NCBI GenBank assembly: GCA_963842755.1
Contig: CAWJIC010000022.1
Coordinates: forward strand, 8,984 to 72,983
Direction of reading: 5' to 3'
Source: an uncultured Chloroflexia bacterium
GTDB taxonomy: Bacteria; Chloroflexota; Limnocylindria; Limnocylindrales; CSP1-4
Length of the DNA: 64,000 nt
Below are positions 1 through 12,383 of this stretch, one piece after another. Position 1 is the stretch's first letter. Every line of letters begins with the position of its first letter. The notes below the pieces were generated by a model. It was given only the letters and a program-made list of their open reading frames with translations. It searched no databases and was not told the origin of the DNA. The position numbers and the translations under genes are program-made.

Positions 1-2087
1 GGCGGCCGCGCCGGCGCGCTCGCTCTCGGCCCGCTCCGACTCGAGGCGCTCCAGCTCGGACTTGAGCCGCTCCAGCTCGGCACGGCGCTCCAGCGGCGTG
101 TCCCCCCTGCCCAGGACGATCGCCAGCGGTGTCGCGACGACCGATCCGTCCCGGCTGACGACCACCCAGCCATCGGGGATGGCCGGCTGCAGCTCGAGGG
201 CCGCGGCGAGATCCGGCAACCCATCCGGCCCGGGCAAGGAGCCGGTCGCGCCGCACCGACCGGGTCGCGCCGGACGGCGTCCACCAGGACGCCCCCGCCG
301 AGCGGCGGCGAGACGGTCGCGGAACGTCCGCTCTCGTGGATCGCCACCCGTGGCCGCTGCGACCGGAGCGGTCGCGGGCCACTCCACGACGACGATCCCG
401 CGCTCGCCGGCGAGTTGCGCGACGGCATCGCCGCCCGACCAGGTACGCCCGGGCGACGTCACCGAGCGCGGCTTCGACCGCCGCCCGAAACGCCGGATCC
501 ACCTGCGAGTTCCTCGTCGACGCGGCGACCGCCGCAGCTTCCGCGCGGCACGGGCGATCCCACGGGCCTCCTCCTCGGCGAAGCGGGCGCCCGCGGCGTC
601 GACCCGACCGCTCAGGGCCGCGGCCGCTGGAGCCGACCGCCGACGCACGCTCGGCGGCGGCTCGGCGAGCGCCCTCAGCCTCGTCCGCGGCGATCCTGGC
701 GGCCTCTCGTGCGGCGGCGGCAGCGCGCTCCGCGGCAGCGGCCTCTGCCATCGCCGCACGACACGCCGGCCAGGCGCTCCTCGAGCGCCGCCCGGCGGGT
801 CGCTGCGGCGTCCGCCGTTGCCCGCGCGGTCGGCGTGACGACGCTCCGCCTCGGCCAGCCGTCGACGGGCGGTCTCGAGCTCCGCCGGTGCGGGCGGCCT
901 CGGCGCGCCGGAGCGCGGCCAGCTCGTCGCCCTGGGCCTGGCGACGCCGCCCGCAGCGCACCGAGCTCCCCGAGGGCATCGGCGAGCGCCCGATCGGCCT
1001 CGCCGACGGCGGCCTCGAGCTCGAGGTCGCGCGTCGGGCAGCGGCGTCGGCCAGCGCCCGACGCTGGACGGCGAGGTCCGCCTCGGCGGCTCGCTCGCTC
1101 CTCGGCGAGCCGCGCCCGGTCGCGGCCGATCGCCTCCAGGTCCGACGGCGAGCCGCGCCTCGCGCAGCTGGAGCTCGGTCAGCGCCGCACGTGCGCGCTT
1201 CGTGGGCCTCGCGCCGCTCGCGCTCGAGCGTCCGCGCGGGCCCCGAGCTCCGCGGCGATCGCCGCCGCGGCGCCCTCCGCTGTCGGCCAGCGCCGCCATC
1301 GCGCGGTCCGACCTCCGCCCGCGCCCCGGCGAGCCGCTCGGCGGCCGCGGCGAGCCGCCCGGCCGCCTCGTGCCAGCGGGCGTGGGCCGCGACGAGCGAG
1401 CGCGGCCGCGAGCTCCTCGCCGGCGGTGGCGCGGGTCGCCTGCTGCTCGGCCTGGGCGGCGAGCCGGCGGGCCTGCGGCCGGAGCTCGGCGAGGATGTCC
1501 TCGACCCGGGCGAGGTTCGCCTCGGACTCGGCGAGCTGCTCCTCCGCCTTGCGCCGGCGGCGCTCGTGGCGGCGGACGCCGGCGACCTCCTCGAACAGCG
1601 GCCGGCGCTCCTCCGGCCGGAGGGCGAGCGCCTGGTCGACCATGCCCTGGCCGATGAACAGGAACGCGTTGTCGGCGAGGTGCGCGCGCGTCGAGCAGGT
1701 CGACGAGGTCGCGCAGCCGGACCCGCTGCTTGTTGAGCAGGTAGTCGTTCTCGCCCGAGCGGTAGAGCCGCCGGCCGAGCTCGAGCACGCTGTACTCGAC
1801 CGGCAGCAGCCCGTCGGCGTTGTCGAGGACGAGGGTGACGTCGGCCATGCCCGAGGGCGGCCCGCTTCTCCGAGCCGGCCCAGATGACGTCCTCGGCCTT
1901 GCGGCTGCGGAGCGCCCGGCCCTGCTCGCCGAGCGCCCAGCGCAGGGCGTCGGCGAGGTTGCTCTTGCCCGAGCCGTTCGGCCCGACGACCGCGCTGATC
2001 CCGGCACCGAACTCGACGATCGTCCGCTCGGCGAACGACTTGAAGCCCTGGAGCCGGAGGGCCAGGAGCCGGGCGGGCGCGCGTCAC
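1..2087 (-). CDS. smc: Chromosome segregation protein SMC, N-terminal part (runs off the window; frameshifted)
   Basis: Stitched frames give [31 protein letters not shown] (Walker A), [20 protein letters not shown], then coiled coil. Lies downstream of rnc. Confidence 0.9.
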
Positions 2088-2883
2088 GGCCGCGGCGCCG
2101 CGGCGCGGCCGCGCCGATCGGTCCGCCGCCGTCGCAGCTCGTCCGCCGCTGCCGCGGCCGGCGCGCCTCGGCCGCCGCCCGGATGCCGCAGGGCCGCCTG
2201 CGCCGCGGCGGCGGTCTCGGCGATCCGGCGCGACGGACCCTCGCCCACGCCCGAGCGACGCGCGCCGTCGACCAGGACCTCGATCCGGAACGAGCTTCTC
2301 GTGGTCCGGGCCGGTCGCCTCGACGAGCCGGTAGGCCGGGCCGCTCGCCGGTCCGCCGCTGGGTGTGCTCCTGGAGCCGGCTCTTGGGGCTCTTGAGCGT
2401 GCGCCGACCGGCGCGTCGGCCGCGAGCTCCGGCGCCGGCCAGCGCGACGAGCCAGTCCCGGGCGGCGTCCCAGCCGAGGTCGAGGTAGAGCGGCGCCGGC
2501 GAGCGCCTCGAAGCGCCGAGGCGAGGAGCGACGGCCGGCGCCGGCCGCCGCGCTGGGCCTCGCCCTCGCCGAGGCAGGAGGTACGTCGCCGAGGTCGATC
2601 CGGCGCGGCGAGGCGGGCGAGGCCCGGTGGTCGCTCACGATCGCGGCGCGGCGGGCCGAGAGCACGCCCTCGTCGTCGTCGGGATGGCGGCGGAAGAGCG
2701 CCTCGGAGATGGCGAGGTTGACGACGGCGTCGCCGAGGAACTCGAGGCGCTCGTTGTGGCCGCGCGCCGGCGTCGCGGATGCTCGTGGAGCCAGCTGCTG
2801 TGGACGAGCGCCTGCTCGAGCAGGTCGACGGTCGCGGACGGGAAGCCCGAGGCGCTCCGACGAGCGCGTCGGCCGGGTCGCAT
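2084..2883 (-). CDS. rnc: Ribonuclease III (frameshifted)
   Basis: [22 protein letters not shown] signature, dsRBD pieces ([20 protein letters not shown]). Confidence 0.92.
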
Positions 2884-2908
2884 CGGCGCGCCGGCGGCCG
2901 AGCCGCGC

Positions 2909-3147
2909 CTAGGAGGAGCGCTCGTCGATGTAGTCGACGGCGTCCTGGACGGTCCGGATCTTCTCCGCGTCCTCGTCGCGAGATCTCGGTCCCGAACTCC
3001 TCTTCGAGGCTCATGATGAGCTCGACGAGGTCGAGCGAGTCGGCGTTCAGGTCGTCGACGAACGACGCCTCGGGCTTGACCTCGTCCTCGTCGACGCCGA
3101 GCTGCTCGACGACGATCTTCTTGAGCCGCTCGTACGTGCGTGGCCAC
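2909..3147 (-). CDS. acpP: Acyl carrier protein
   Basis: [48 protein letters not shown]; DSL phosphopantetheine site. Confidence 0.95.
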
Positions 3148-3149
3148 TG

Positions 3150-3636
3150 ACTCCCTCCTCGGAGCTGGGGTGTGCCGACGGCCGGGTCGCCGCTGGTCTC
3201 CGCGGCGATGCGCCCGAGGACGCCGTTCATGAGGCGTCGCATCGGGTCTCCACTGTAGGTCCGTGCCAGCTCGACCCACTCGGCGATCGCCACCCGGGCC
3301 GGCGTCGGCGAGTGTAGCACCTCGCCGATGGCCGCAACGGAGCAGCGCGCGGTCCATCCGGGCCAGCTGGACGACCGGATACTGGGGCGCCACGCCGGTC
3401 GATCTGGGCGTCGATCGCGTCGCGATGCGCGACGACCGCGGCGACCAGCTCGCGGGCGAGCGTCGGCGGCGTCCGGGTCGCCCTCGGTCTCGGCGAGGTG
3501 GCGCTCGAGGATCGCCGTCGGCGGTGCGCTGGCCGAACTCGGCCTCGAAGACCGCCGCGAGCGCGAGCGGCGACCGGCCGGCGCGCCCGGATCCGGTCGC
3601 CGCGCCGCGGCCGGCCGCGTCAGGCCCCGACGCCAT
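3150..3636 (-). CDS. nusB: Transcription antitermination factor NusB (frameshifted)
   Basis: [46 protein letters not shown]. Confidence 0.85.
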
Positions 3637-3942
3637 CGACCAGGACGGTGACCGCGCCGAGCTCGCAGGCCGAGCAGGCGCTCGACGGTCGCGGCCGACG
3701 GCCGCCCGGACCTGGCGCGGTCGAGCGGCACGAGCGCGCTGGCCGGGCCGGGCGACGATCCAGACCCGGACGCGGACGCCGCTCGTCGCGGACGCGGACG
3801 CGCGACCGGCGGGCCGGCGAGCGAGCGCGCGCCAGGCGGGCCCGCCGCGGCCGACGCGCGACGACGCCCGGGACCTCGAGCGCGGCGAGGCGGACGATCT
3901 CGGCGATGACGCCGCGCCCGACGGTCAGCTCGGGCCGGTCAC
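3620..3942 (-). CDS. Asp23/Gls24 family envelope stress protein (frameshifted)
   Basis: [23 protein letters not shown]...VTVLVDGV; typically sits next to nusB. Confidence 0.75.
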
Positions 3943-5086
3943 GACGCCGCCTCCGTCGGTCCGGCGTCGTGGCCTCGGCGGCTCGGCGGCGTCGGCGCGT
4001 CGCGCCGTCGCGGTCGGCGGCCGTCGCGGCCGCCGGCTCGCGCCGGAGCGCCTCGGCGATCAGCTCCGGGACCCGCGTCCGGGCCGTCGTGCCGCGCCGA
4101 CGCCGCAGCGCGTAGCCGATCATCCGCCGCTTCGCCCGGCCGTGGGTGATGATCACCGTCCCCTTCACGCCGAGCAGCGGCGAGCCGCCGACCTTCTCGT
4201 AGTCGAAGACGTCGCGGATCCGGCCGATGCCCGGGCCGCATCGAGCAGGTACGCGAGCCGGCCGCGCGAGCGAGCCGCCGGAACTCGGCCCGCGAACAGG
4301 TCGAAGATGAAGTCGACAGGCCCTCGAAGAACTTGATGACGACGTTGCCGAGCGACCGCGTCGCAGACGACGACGTCGGCCAGGTGCCTGGTGAGGTCCT
4401 TGCCCTCGACGTTGCCGACGAAGTTGCAGGTCCGGTCGCGTCGAGCAGCTCGGTCGCGCGCTGGATCCGGGCGTCGCCCTTGCCCTTCTCCTCGCCGATC
4501 GACAGGAGCGCGACCCGCGGGTCGGCGACGCCGAGGACGCGCTCGGCGAAGATCGCGCCCATCCGGGCGTACTGGGCGAGGTTCTCGGCGGTCGAGTCGG
4601 GGTTGGCGCCGATGTCGAGGAGGACGAGCGGCCGGCCCGTCGCGTGATCATCTGGACGGCGAGGGCCGGGCGGTCGACGCCCGGGCAGCCGCCCGAGGCG
4701 GAGGACGGCGGCGGCCATCCCGGCGCCGGTGTGGCCGGCGGTGACGACCGCGTCGGCCTCGCCGCGCCGGACGAGGTCGCGTGGCGACGAGGATCGACGC
4801 GTCCTTCTTCTCGCGCAGCGCGAGCGCCGGGTGCTCGTCCATCTCGATGACCTGGCTGGCGTGGACGATCGAGACGTTCGGCGGGCAGCGTCGCCGGCGA
4901 TCGCGCGGATGCGGTCGCCTCGTCGCCGACGAGGATGACGTCGTCCTCGGGGTGCGCGCGCGGCGTAGGTCGAGCGCGCCCGGGACGACCTCGGACGGGC
5001 CGTGGTCGCCGCCCATCGCGTCGACGGCGACGCGGACGCCGCGGCGCGTCGCCGCCGGTCGCGGCGCGGACGCGAGGCTCGGTCAC
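3939..5086 (-). CDS. plsX: Phosphate acyltransferase PlsX (frameshifted)
   Basis: DAMGGDHGP, AVVTAGHTGA, LLDIGAN, LLSIGEEKGKG, GGSPLLGVKGTVIITHG. Confidence 0.92.
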
Positions 5087-5091
5087 CGCGG

Positions 5092-5300
5092 TCAGCGCAG
5101 GCGGCGTCGTCGGCCGCCGGCTCGGCTTGAGCTCGATCGCCTGGCGGCCGCTTGTAGCAGCCGCAGTTCGGGCAGACGTGGTGCGGCAGCTTCGTCTCGT
5201 GGCAGTGCGGGCACTCCTCGAGCTGCGGCAGGCTGAGCGCGAGGTGCGCGCGGCGCTCGCCCTGGCGGGCATGCGAGACGCGTCGCTTGGGAACACCCAT
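5092..5300 (-). CDS. rpmF: 50S ribosomal protein L32
   Basis: MGVPKRRVSHARQGERRAH...CPHC..LPHHVCPNCG; SD AAGGAG upstream. Confidence 0.95.
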
Positions 5301-5434
5301 GGTGCGTCGTGGCTCCTTGTCGGATCCGTGCGCCGCGCGGCCGCGCCGCGGCGTCCGGTCATCGTCGGCATCGCGGGGCCGGCTGCCGGTCGCGGCGAGG
5401 CCGCGGGCGCGAAGCGGGTGCCGACGATCGATGT

Positions 5435-6012
5435 CTACCCGGTCTCGGCCTCGCCGTCGACCCGGAACGCCCGGAGCGCCTCGAGCCGGGGGTCGATCGT
5501 CGTCGTCGCCGTGGTCGTGGGCGCCGCTCGTCGAGGCGCTCGCCGCAGACGGGCACAGGCCCGGGCAGTCCGGGCGGCACAGCGGCGCGATCGGCTCGGC
5601 CAGCTGGATCGCCTCGCGGACGAGCGGCTCGAGCTCGAGCTCGTGGTGGTCGGTCAGGCGGGCGACGTCCGGCTCGGCGCTCGGTCGTCGATCGGGCGCG
5701 CCGGTCGTCAGGTCGATGCTCGGCAGGACCTCCTCGTCGATCCGGATGTCGATCGGGACCTCGATCGGCGCGCAGGCAGCGGCTGCAGATCTCGGCGAGC
5801 GCCGTCCGGGCGTCGCCGCCCACGAGCAGGCCGCGGTTCGTCCGGGCCAGGTGGAACCGGGCCATCGATCGGCCGGGCGAGCAGCAGGTCGGTCCCGAGA
5901 TCGACCGCGAGACCCGTGAACGCGTAGTCGCGGACCGAGCCGGGCGGCTCGCCGAGCAGGGCGGCGACGTTGACCAGGTGAGCGGCTCGTCGGGGGACGG
6001 CGCGCGGGTCAC
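5435..6012 (-). CDS. DUF177/YceD family protein (frameshifted)
   Basis: NVAALLGEPPGSVR, CSRCL, LCRPDCPGLCPVCG, DPRLEAL; conserved position upstream of rpmF. Confidence 0.88.
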
Positions 6013-6564
6013 GCGCGGACGCGCCGGGTCGCGCGGTCCTCCTCGTCCTCGTCCTCGTCGCTCCGGCTGTCGCCGTCGGCCGACGACCTCGGTCATCGTC
6101 CGACGCCGATGCGACGTGGCGCCGCTCGTCGAGGAGGGCGATCCCCTTCTTGATGCTCTGGAGCGTCTCGGACAACCTCGCCCTCGAGGCCGACCAGGAC
6201 GCATGCCGCGTACTCGTCGGCGCCGCGCCGGACCTCGGCGGCCTCGTCCTGCGCCTCGGCGATGATCCGCCGGCTCTCGGCCTCGGCGGCCTGCGGTGAG
6301 GCCGCGCTCGTCGATCAGGAAGGCGGCCTGCTCCTGGGCCCGGGCGACGATCCGCTCGGCCTCCTCCTGGGCCTTCTCGATGATCCGCTCGCCCTCGGAG
6401 TTGATCCGCTTGGCGGCGCGGACCTCCTCCGGGACGGCGACGCGCAGCTCGTCGATGAGGCCGAGGGCCGCGTCCTGGTCGATGACGACGTTGCTCGTCA
6501 GGGGCAGCTTCTTGCCGTTGGCGATCAGCGACTCGAGGCGCTCGACGAGGAAGATGATGTCGAT
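6009..6564 (-). CDS. Conserved coiled-coil protein (DivIVA/ATP synthase b-like) between coaD and yceD
   Basis: (I)DIIFLVERLESLIANGKKLPLTSNVVIDQDAALGLIDELRVAVPEEVRAAKRI..., then repeated AQEEAERI helices. Confidence 0.8.
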
Positions 6565-6644
6565 CGGACGGGCCCTCCTCGGCTGCGACCGGCGCCGTTG
6601 GCGGCCCGGCTGCCGGGATTATCGCACGCGGTGCGGCGCGCGCG

Positions 6645-7148
6645 TCAGCGACCGGCCGAGCGCCGCGCAGCGCGGCCTCGGCCGGCCGGCGGGACCATCC
6701 GCGAGACGTCGCCGCCGAACGCGGCGATCTCCTTGACCAGGCTGGAGCTGACGTAGCCGTGCTCGAGCGAGGTCATGAAGAAGACCGTGTCGACGTCCGG
6801 CGCGAGGATCCGGTTGTTGTGGGCGAGCTGCATCTCGGTCTCGAAGTCGCTGATCGCCCGCAGGCCGCGGACGATGAAGCCGGCCCCGACGCGCGCGGCA
6901 GAAGTCGACGGTCAGGCCGTCGAACGTCGCGACCTCGACCCGCTCCGGCGAGGTCGGCGGCGTCGGCGCGAGCGCCGCGCGGATGACCGCCGACCCGCTC
7001 GTCGGCGTCGAGCAGCGGCGTCTTGCGCGGGTTGGCGAGGACGGCGACGACGACCCGGTCGAAGACCGCCGCGGCGCGGCGCGACGACGTCGAGATGGCC
7101 GTTCGTGATCGGGTCGAACGAGCCCGGGATAGACCGCGACGCGCTCAT
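6645..7148 (-). CDS. coaD: Pantetheine-phosphate adenylyltransferase (frameshifted)
   Basis: [44 protein letters not shown]. Confidence 0.93.
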
Positions 7149-7740
7149 CCGTCCTCCTCGCCCGTCCGTCCGGCGGTAGAAGGTCAGCGCCGTCTCGCCG
7201 AAGCGCCGGTCGCGCTCGGATGCTAGCAGCCCGACGGTCGCCGGCGGCCGGTCGCGCCAGAAGTGCTTGGCGACGACCCGGGCACCGGGCGCGAGCAGGC
7301 GCCCTCGGGTCGGCGCCGAGGAGCGCCAGGAGCCGCGCCAGGAGCGCCGTGTCGGCGTACGGCGGGTCGACGAGGACGAGGTCGAAGGGACCGTCCGCCG
7401 GGCCCGGGCCGGCCAGCCAGGCCGACGGCGTCCGCCCGGACGACCGGCGCGGCCGGTCCCGCCAGGCTGGTCCGCGCGCAGGTTCGCCTCGATGACGCGA
7501 CGGCGCCCGGGTCCCGCTCCACGAAGACCGCGCGGGCCGCCCCGCGCGAGAGCGCCTCGATCCCGGCCGCGCCGCTGCCCGGCGAACAGGTCCAGGACGC
7601 GCGGCCCCGGGCAGATCCGGCTCGAGGATCGCGAAGAGGGTCTGCTTCACCCGGTCGGCGAGCGGCCGGGTCCCCTCGCCCGGGGCGCCGAGGCGGACGC
7701 CCCGGGCGCTCCCGGCGATGACCCGGCCGGCGTCAGGCAC
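7145..7740 (-). CDS. rsmD: 16S rRNA m2G966 methyltransferase RsmD (frameshifted)
   Basis: [40 protein letters not shown]. Confidence 0.9.
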
Positions 7741-7757
7741 GGGACGGCCCCGGCGGA

Positions 7758-10008
7758 TCACGCGCCGCTCGCCGGCTCGCCCGCCGCGATCCCGCTCGAG
7801 CCAGCCCGCGGTCGAGCTCGCGGCGGAGCGGCTCGAGGCCCGGCCCGCGCAGCTCGCCGCCGATCGTCGAGGAGCGCCTCGGCGTGGCGCGCGGCGCATC
7901 GGTCGCGAGGTCGCGATGGTCCCGGCGCTGGAGCGAGGCGACCCGCAGGCGCGGCAGGCCGCTCTGGGCGAGGCCCAGCACGTCGCCCTCGCGGCGCAGC
8001 TCGAAGTCGCGTCTCGGCCAGCTCGAACCCGTCGCTGGTCTCCGTCGACGGCCTTGAGGCGGGCCTGGGCCGTCTCGTCCGTCGAGTCCGAGACGAGCAC
8101 GCAGAACGACTCCGCCGTCCCGCGGCCGACCCGCCCGCGCAGCTGGTGGAGCTGGGCGAGGCCGAACCGGTCGGCGCCCTCGATGATCATCATCGTCGCC
8201 TCCGGCACGTCGACGCCGACCTCGACGACCGTCGTCCCGACGAGGACGTCGAGGCTCGCCGTCGCGGAAGCGGGCCATCTCGGCGTCGCGGTCGGCCGCC
8301 TTCATCCGGCCGTGGACCAGCCCGACCCGGAGCGGCGCGAGGAGCTCGCGCAGCCGGACGGCCTCCGCTCTCGGCCGCGACCGGCGCGGACCGTCGCCCG
8401 TCGTCGTCGTCGCCCTCCTCGATCGATGCGGGCACGACGACGAACGTCCGGTGGCCGGCGGCGGCCTCCTCGCGGACCCTGCTGCCCACGTCCCGTCGAG
8501 CTCGGTCCGGGCGCCGGATCCCGGTCCGGATCGGGATCCGGCCCTCCGGCGGCGTCCGCAGGTCGGAGACGTCGAGGTCGGCGTAGAGGACCTGGCCGAG
8601 CGTCCGCGGGATCGGCGTCGCGGTCATCAGCAGGACGTGCGGCGCGCGGCCCGCCGGCCTTCGCCTCGAGCTGGCCGCGCTGCTCGACGCCGAAGCGGTG
8701 CTGCTCGTCGATGACGACGAGGCCGAGGTCGCGCGAACGCGACCGCGCTCCTGGATCAGGGCGTGGGTCCCGACGACGACCGGCGCCTGGCCGCGACTGC
8801 GATGCGCCTCGAGCGCCCTGCGCCGTGCCGGCCGCCGTCAGCGAGCCGGTCAGGAGCTCGACCGGCGATGCCCGAGCGGCTCGAGGAGGTCGCCGAGCGT
8901 GACGCGCGTGCTGGCGGGCGAGGAGGTCCGTCGGCGCGAGGAGGGCGCCCTGGAGCCCGGCCCGCGCCGCGGCCGCGAGCGCCTAGGCGGCGACCGCGGT
9001 CTTGCCCGAGCCGACGTCGCCCTGGAGGAGCCGGAGCATCGGCGTCGGGCGCGCGAGGTCGCCCGGATCGCGTCGATCGCGGCGGCCTGGTCGGCGGTCA
9101 GCGTCGACCGCGCCGACCGAGCCTGCGGCTCGAGCGCGGTCGACGAGCGCGTCCCGGACGCGCGCGCGTCCGCGCGTGTCGTCCACGATGAGCGGCGGCG
9201 CGCGCGTCGCGCCCGCGCTGGCGGCGCCGGCCGACCATCCCGAGCTGGAGCGCGAGCAGCTCGTCGAAGGCGAGGCGGCGCAGCGCGGCGTCGCGCGCCT
9301 CGAAGATCGTCCGGGTAGTGGGCCTCCTCGAGCGCCCGGGCGATCCCGACCAGCCCTTCGGCGCGGAGCAGGTCGCCGGGCAGGTACTCGGGGTAGGCGA
9401 TCCCCGGCCCGGTCGAGCGCCTCGCGGATCGCCAGGCGCAGCCGCGGCGCGGTCAGCCCGGCGGTCAGCCGGTAGACGGGCACGATCCGGCCGACGTGGA
9501 GCAGCTCGCCGTCGCCGTCCGTCGGGCTGGAACTCGGGGTTGTCGAAGGTCAGCCGCGAAGCCGAAGTGCTTCAGCTTGCCGCGACACCACGATCCGGTC
9601 GCCCGGCCGCGAGCCGCCGCTCGATGAACCGCCGGCCGAACCAGGTCGCCTCGCCGTGCCGGTCTCGTCCTCGAGGACGCGCGATCGTCCGCTGGAGCCG
9701 GCGGCGGAACGGTCGGCTCGACCCGGACGTCGACGACCGGACCTGCGCGCTGGCACGACCGTGCTCGCCATCGGGCACCCAGCGAGAGGTCGCCGAGGTT
9801 GCGCATCTCGCGCAGGTCGTCGTAGCGCCGCGGCAGGTGGAACAGGAGGTCGCGGACCGTGCCGAAGCCCAGCCGCGATCCGGCCCGCCGGATCGCGGCC
9901 GCGCCGGACAGGCCGGCTGCGCGCCGAGCGGCGCGGAGAGCAGCTCGACCGGATCGGCTCGGAGCGGGCCCGGCGGCTCGGCGCCGGCGGCGTCACGGCG
10001 CCGGCCAC
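7758..10008 (-). CDS. recG: ATP-dependent DNA helicase RecG (frameshifted)
   Basis: [54 protein letters not shown]. Confidence 0.93.
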
Positions 10009-10012
10009 GCGC

Positions 10013-11780
10013 CTACTCGGCCGAGATCAGGTACCGGTAGTGCGGCTGGCCGCCGTGGCGGACCTCGACCTCGACCCCGGGCCGCGCGTCGGCGATCCGC
10101 GCGCCAGTCGCCTCGGCCTCGGCGAGGTCTGCGCCGTCGCCGTAGAACAGCGTCACCAGCTCGAACCCCGGCCGGGAGGGTCTCGACCGCCGCGAGGACC
10201 GCCCGTCTGCGGTCGCCGTCGACCGCGACGAGCCCGTCGTCCGGGTCGAGGGCGATCGTCTGGCCCTGCTTGACCTTCCGGCCGCCGATCGTCGCGTCGC
10301 GGACGGCCTCGGTGACCTGGAGCGTCTGGATCGGCCCGCGGCCGGCCTCGGTCATCGGGCCGACGTTCGCCGCGGCGCTCTCGTCGGGTCGAGGGCGAGC
10401 AGCGCGGCGAAGCCCTCGGCGGCGTTGCGGGTCGGGCACGACGGCGACCGGGCGGTCGGCCATCGCGGCGACCTGGCGCGCGGCGAGGATGACGTTCGGG
10501 TTGTTGGGCAGGAGCAGGACCTCGCGCGCGTCGAGCGCCTCGATCGCGGCCAGCAGCTCGCCGGTGCTCGGGTTGGCCGCCTGGCCGCCGTGCACGACCG
10601 CCGCGACCCCGAAGTCGCTGAAGATCGCGGCCAGCCCCTCGCCCGCCGCGACGGCGACGACCGCCAGCGGCCTCCGGGCCCCGTCGAGCGCGCCGGCCGC
10701 GAACGTCGTCCGGCCCGCACCCGCGACGACGGGTCCCGCCAGCTCGCCCGGGGTCCCCTTGGCGCGAGCCTCGAGAGGCGGCTCGCCGGCGGCTCGCTGC
10801 CCCGTCCCGCCGGTGAACTCGGCGGCCCGCGCTCTCGCGGACGTCGCGCGCCTGGCTGTCGAGGTTCTCGACGCTGATCCGGCTGAGCGTCCCCAGGCCC
10901 AGGCCGTAGCCGATGACCACGTCCGGCCGCTCGTTGTGGACGTGGACCTTGATCGCCTGGGCGTCGCCGGCGACGAGCGACCGACTCGCCGATCGTCTCG
11001 AGGTGGGTCCGGATGCGCGTCGACGTCGAGGTCGCGCCCTGGCCCGGGCTGGAGGAGGAACATCGTCTCGTAGCCGAACCCCTCGTCGGCGTGGGCCACC
11101 AGGGCCGAGGGCTTGGGGCCCTCGCCGCCGTCGCGCCGCCACGGAACCCACCGGCGCCTGGCCGACGAGGAACAGCAGCGCGCCCTGGAACAGCCGGTAG
11201 AGGCCCTGTCCGCCCGAGTCGACGACGCCCGCCTCGCGCAGGATGGGGAGCAGCGTGGGCGTCTTCGCCACGGACTTCTCGGCGGCGTCGACCGTCGCGG
11301 CGAGGACCGTCTCGATGTCGTCGTCGCGCTCGGCGGCGACCTTCGCGCCGCCGCGGCCGCCTCGCGGATGACCGTCAGGATCGTGCCCTCGACCGGCTTC
11401 GCGACCGCGCCGTAGGCGGTCTCGCGCCCCGAGCGCCAGGGCGTGCGCGAGGTCGAGGCCGTTGAACCGGCGCTTGCCGCCGAGGCCCTCGGCCATGCCC
11501 GCGGAAGATCTGGCTGGTGATGACGCCCGGAGTTGCCGCGGGCGCCCATGAGCGCCCCGAAGCTGATCGCCGCCGCGATCCGCTCGGCCGGCTGCCCGGC
11601 GACTCCCTCGGCCTCCTCGAGGGCCGCCCGGACCGTGGCGAGCATGTTCGAGCCGGTGTCGCCGTCCGGGACCGGGAAGACGTTGAGGGCGTTGATCTCG
11701 TCGACGTGGGCCTCGAGGTTGGCGACGGCCGCCCGGAACGCGTCGAGGAGGCCGGCGCCGTCGCAGCTCCGACGGGCCAC
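10013..11780 (-). CDS. DAK2 domain fatty acid kinase subunit A (YloV/FakA family; frameshifted)
   Basis: INALNVFPVPDGDTGSNM, GARGNSG, KPVEGTILTV, GVVDSGGQG, KVHVH, GGQPHYRYLISAE. Confidence 0.92.
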
Positions 11781-12247
11781 CGGCCGCCCTCGGTCGCGTC
11801 GCCGCCAGGTCGGGGATCGGCCGCGTCGTCGGGGCTGGCCAGGAGCTCCGACACCTGCGGACGAGACGTCCCGCCGGGCGCCGGCTCGACCGGCGGCGGC
11901 GCGGAGGCCGGCTGGTAGCGCAGGCCCCCGACGTGGATCGTGAGCCCGTCGAGCTCCCGGTCGAGAGCGCGCCGGATGGCGTAGCGGACCGCCGAATCGA
12001 CCTGGCGGGCGACCTCTGCCACGGGCAGTCCGTGGGCGACCGTGAGGCGGAGGTCGACGACGAACCGATCGCTCGTCGTGACCCGGATCCCGGGCTCGGC
12101 GAGCCGGAGGGACGTGCGCAGCCATCCGATCAACCCGTCGTCGACGAATCCGGTCACGCCGTAGCTGCCGAGGACGGCGGCGCGGACGATCTCGACGATG
12201 GCACGGCGGCTGATGAGCGAGCGGCCTTTTACGGAGCGCTCTGGCAT
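11781..12247 (-). CDS. Asp23/Gls24 family protein (YloU-like); 3' end uncertain
   Basis: GRSLISRRAIVEIVRAAVLGSYGV...LTIHVGGL; conserved rpmB/yloU/yloV synteny. Confidence 0.8.
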
Positions 12248-12311
12248 GCGCGGGTGACCTCCGCTGCGGGGCGGCCGGGAAGGCGGCTGCCGGGGGGACC
12301 CAGGGTCGATG

Positions 12312-12321
12312 TGCTATCGTA
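12312..12321. promoter_or_regulatory. Overlapping divergent -10 elements for rpmB (+) and the yloU-like gene (-)
   Basis: TGcTATCGT on + and TACGAT on -, sharing the core TATCGTA, in an otherwise GC-rich spacer. Confidence 0.55.
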
Positions 12322-12383
12322 CCGCCTGCCCGAGCCCGTCGCGGCTCGCGCACCATGACCCGAACCACCTCCAGAGGACCGAC

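Noticed and set aside
1179-3731. Apparent NusB-AcpP-SMC, WhiA-TpiA, SecG-GpmI and RpsF-SSB fusions in the ORF track
   Set aside because: Products of indel errors or upstream open-frame extension; each gene has its own start, SD or promoter.
1-11800. Mass pseudogenisation or programmed frameshifting of smc, rnc, acpP, plsX, coaD, recG and others (also ~14600-18100 and ~42500-58100)
   Set aside because: Indels hit essential genes indiscriminately, with very few in-frame stops, and come in blocks alternating with clean blocks. This is the signature of uncorrected long-read or low-coverage consensus.
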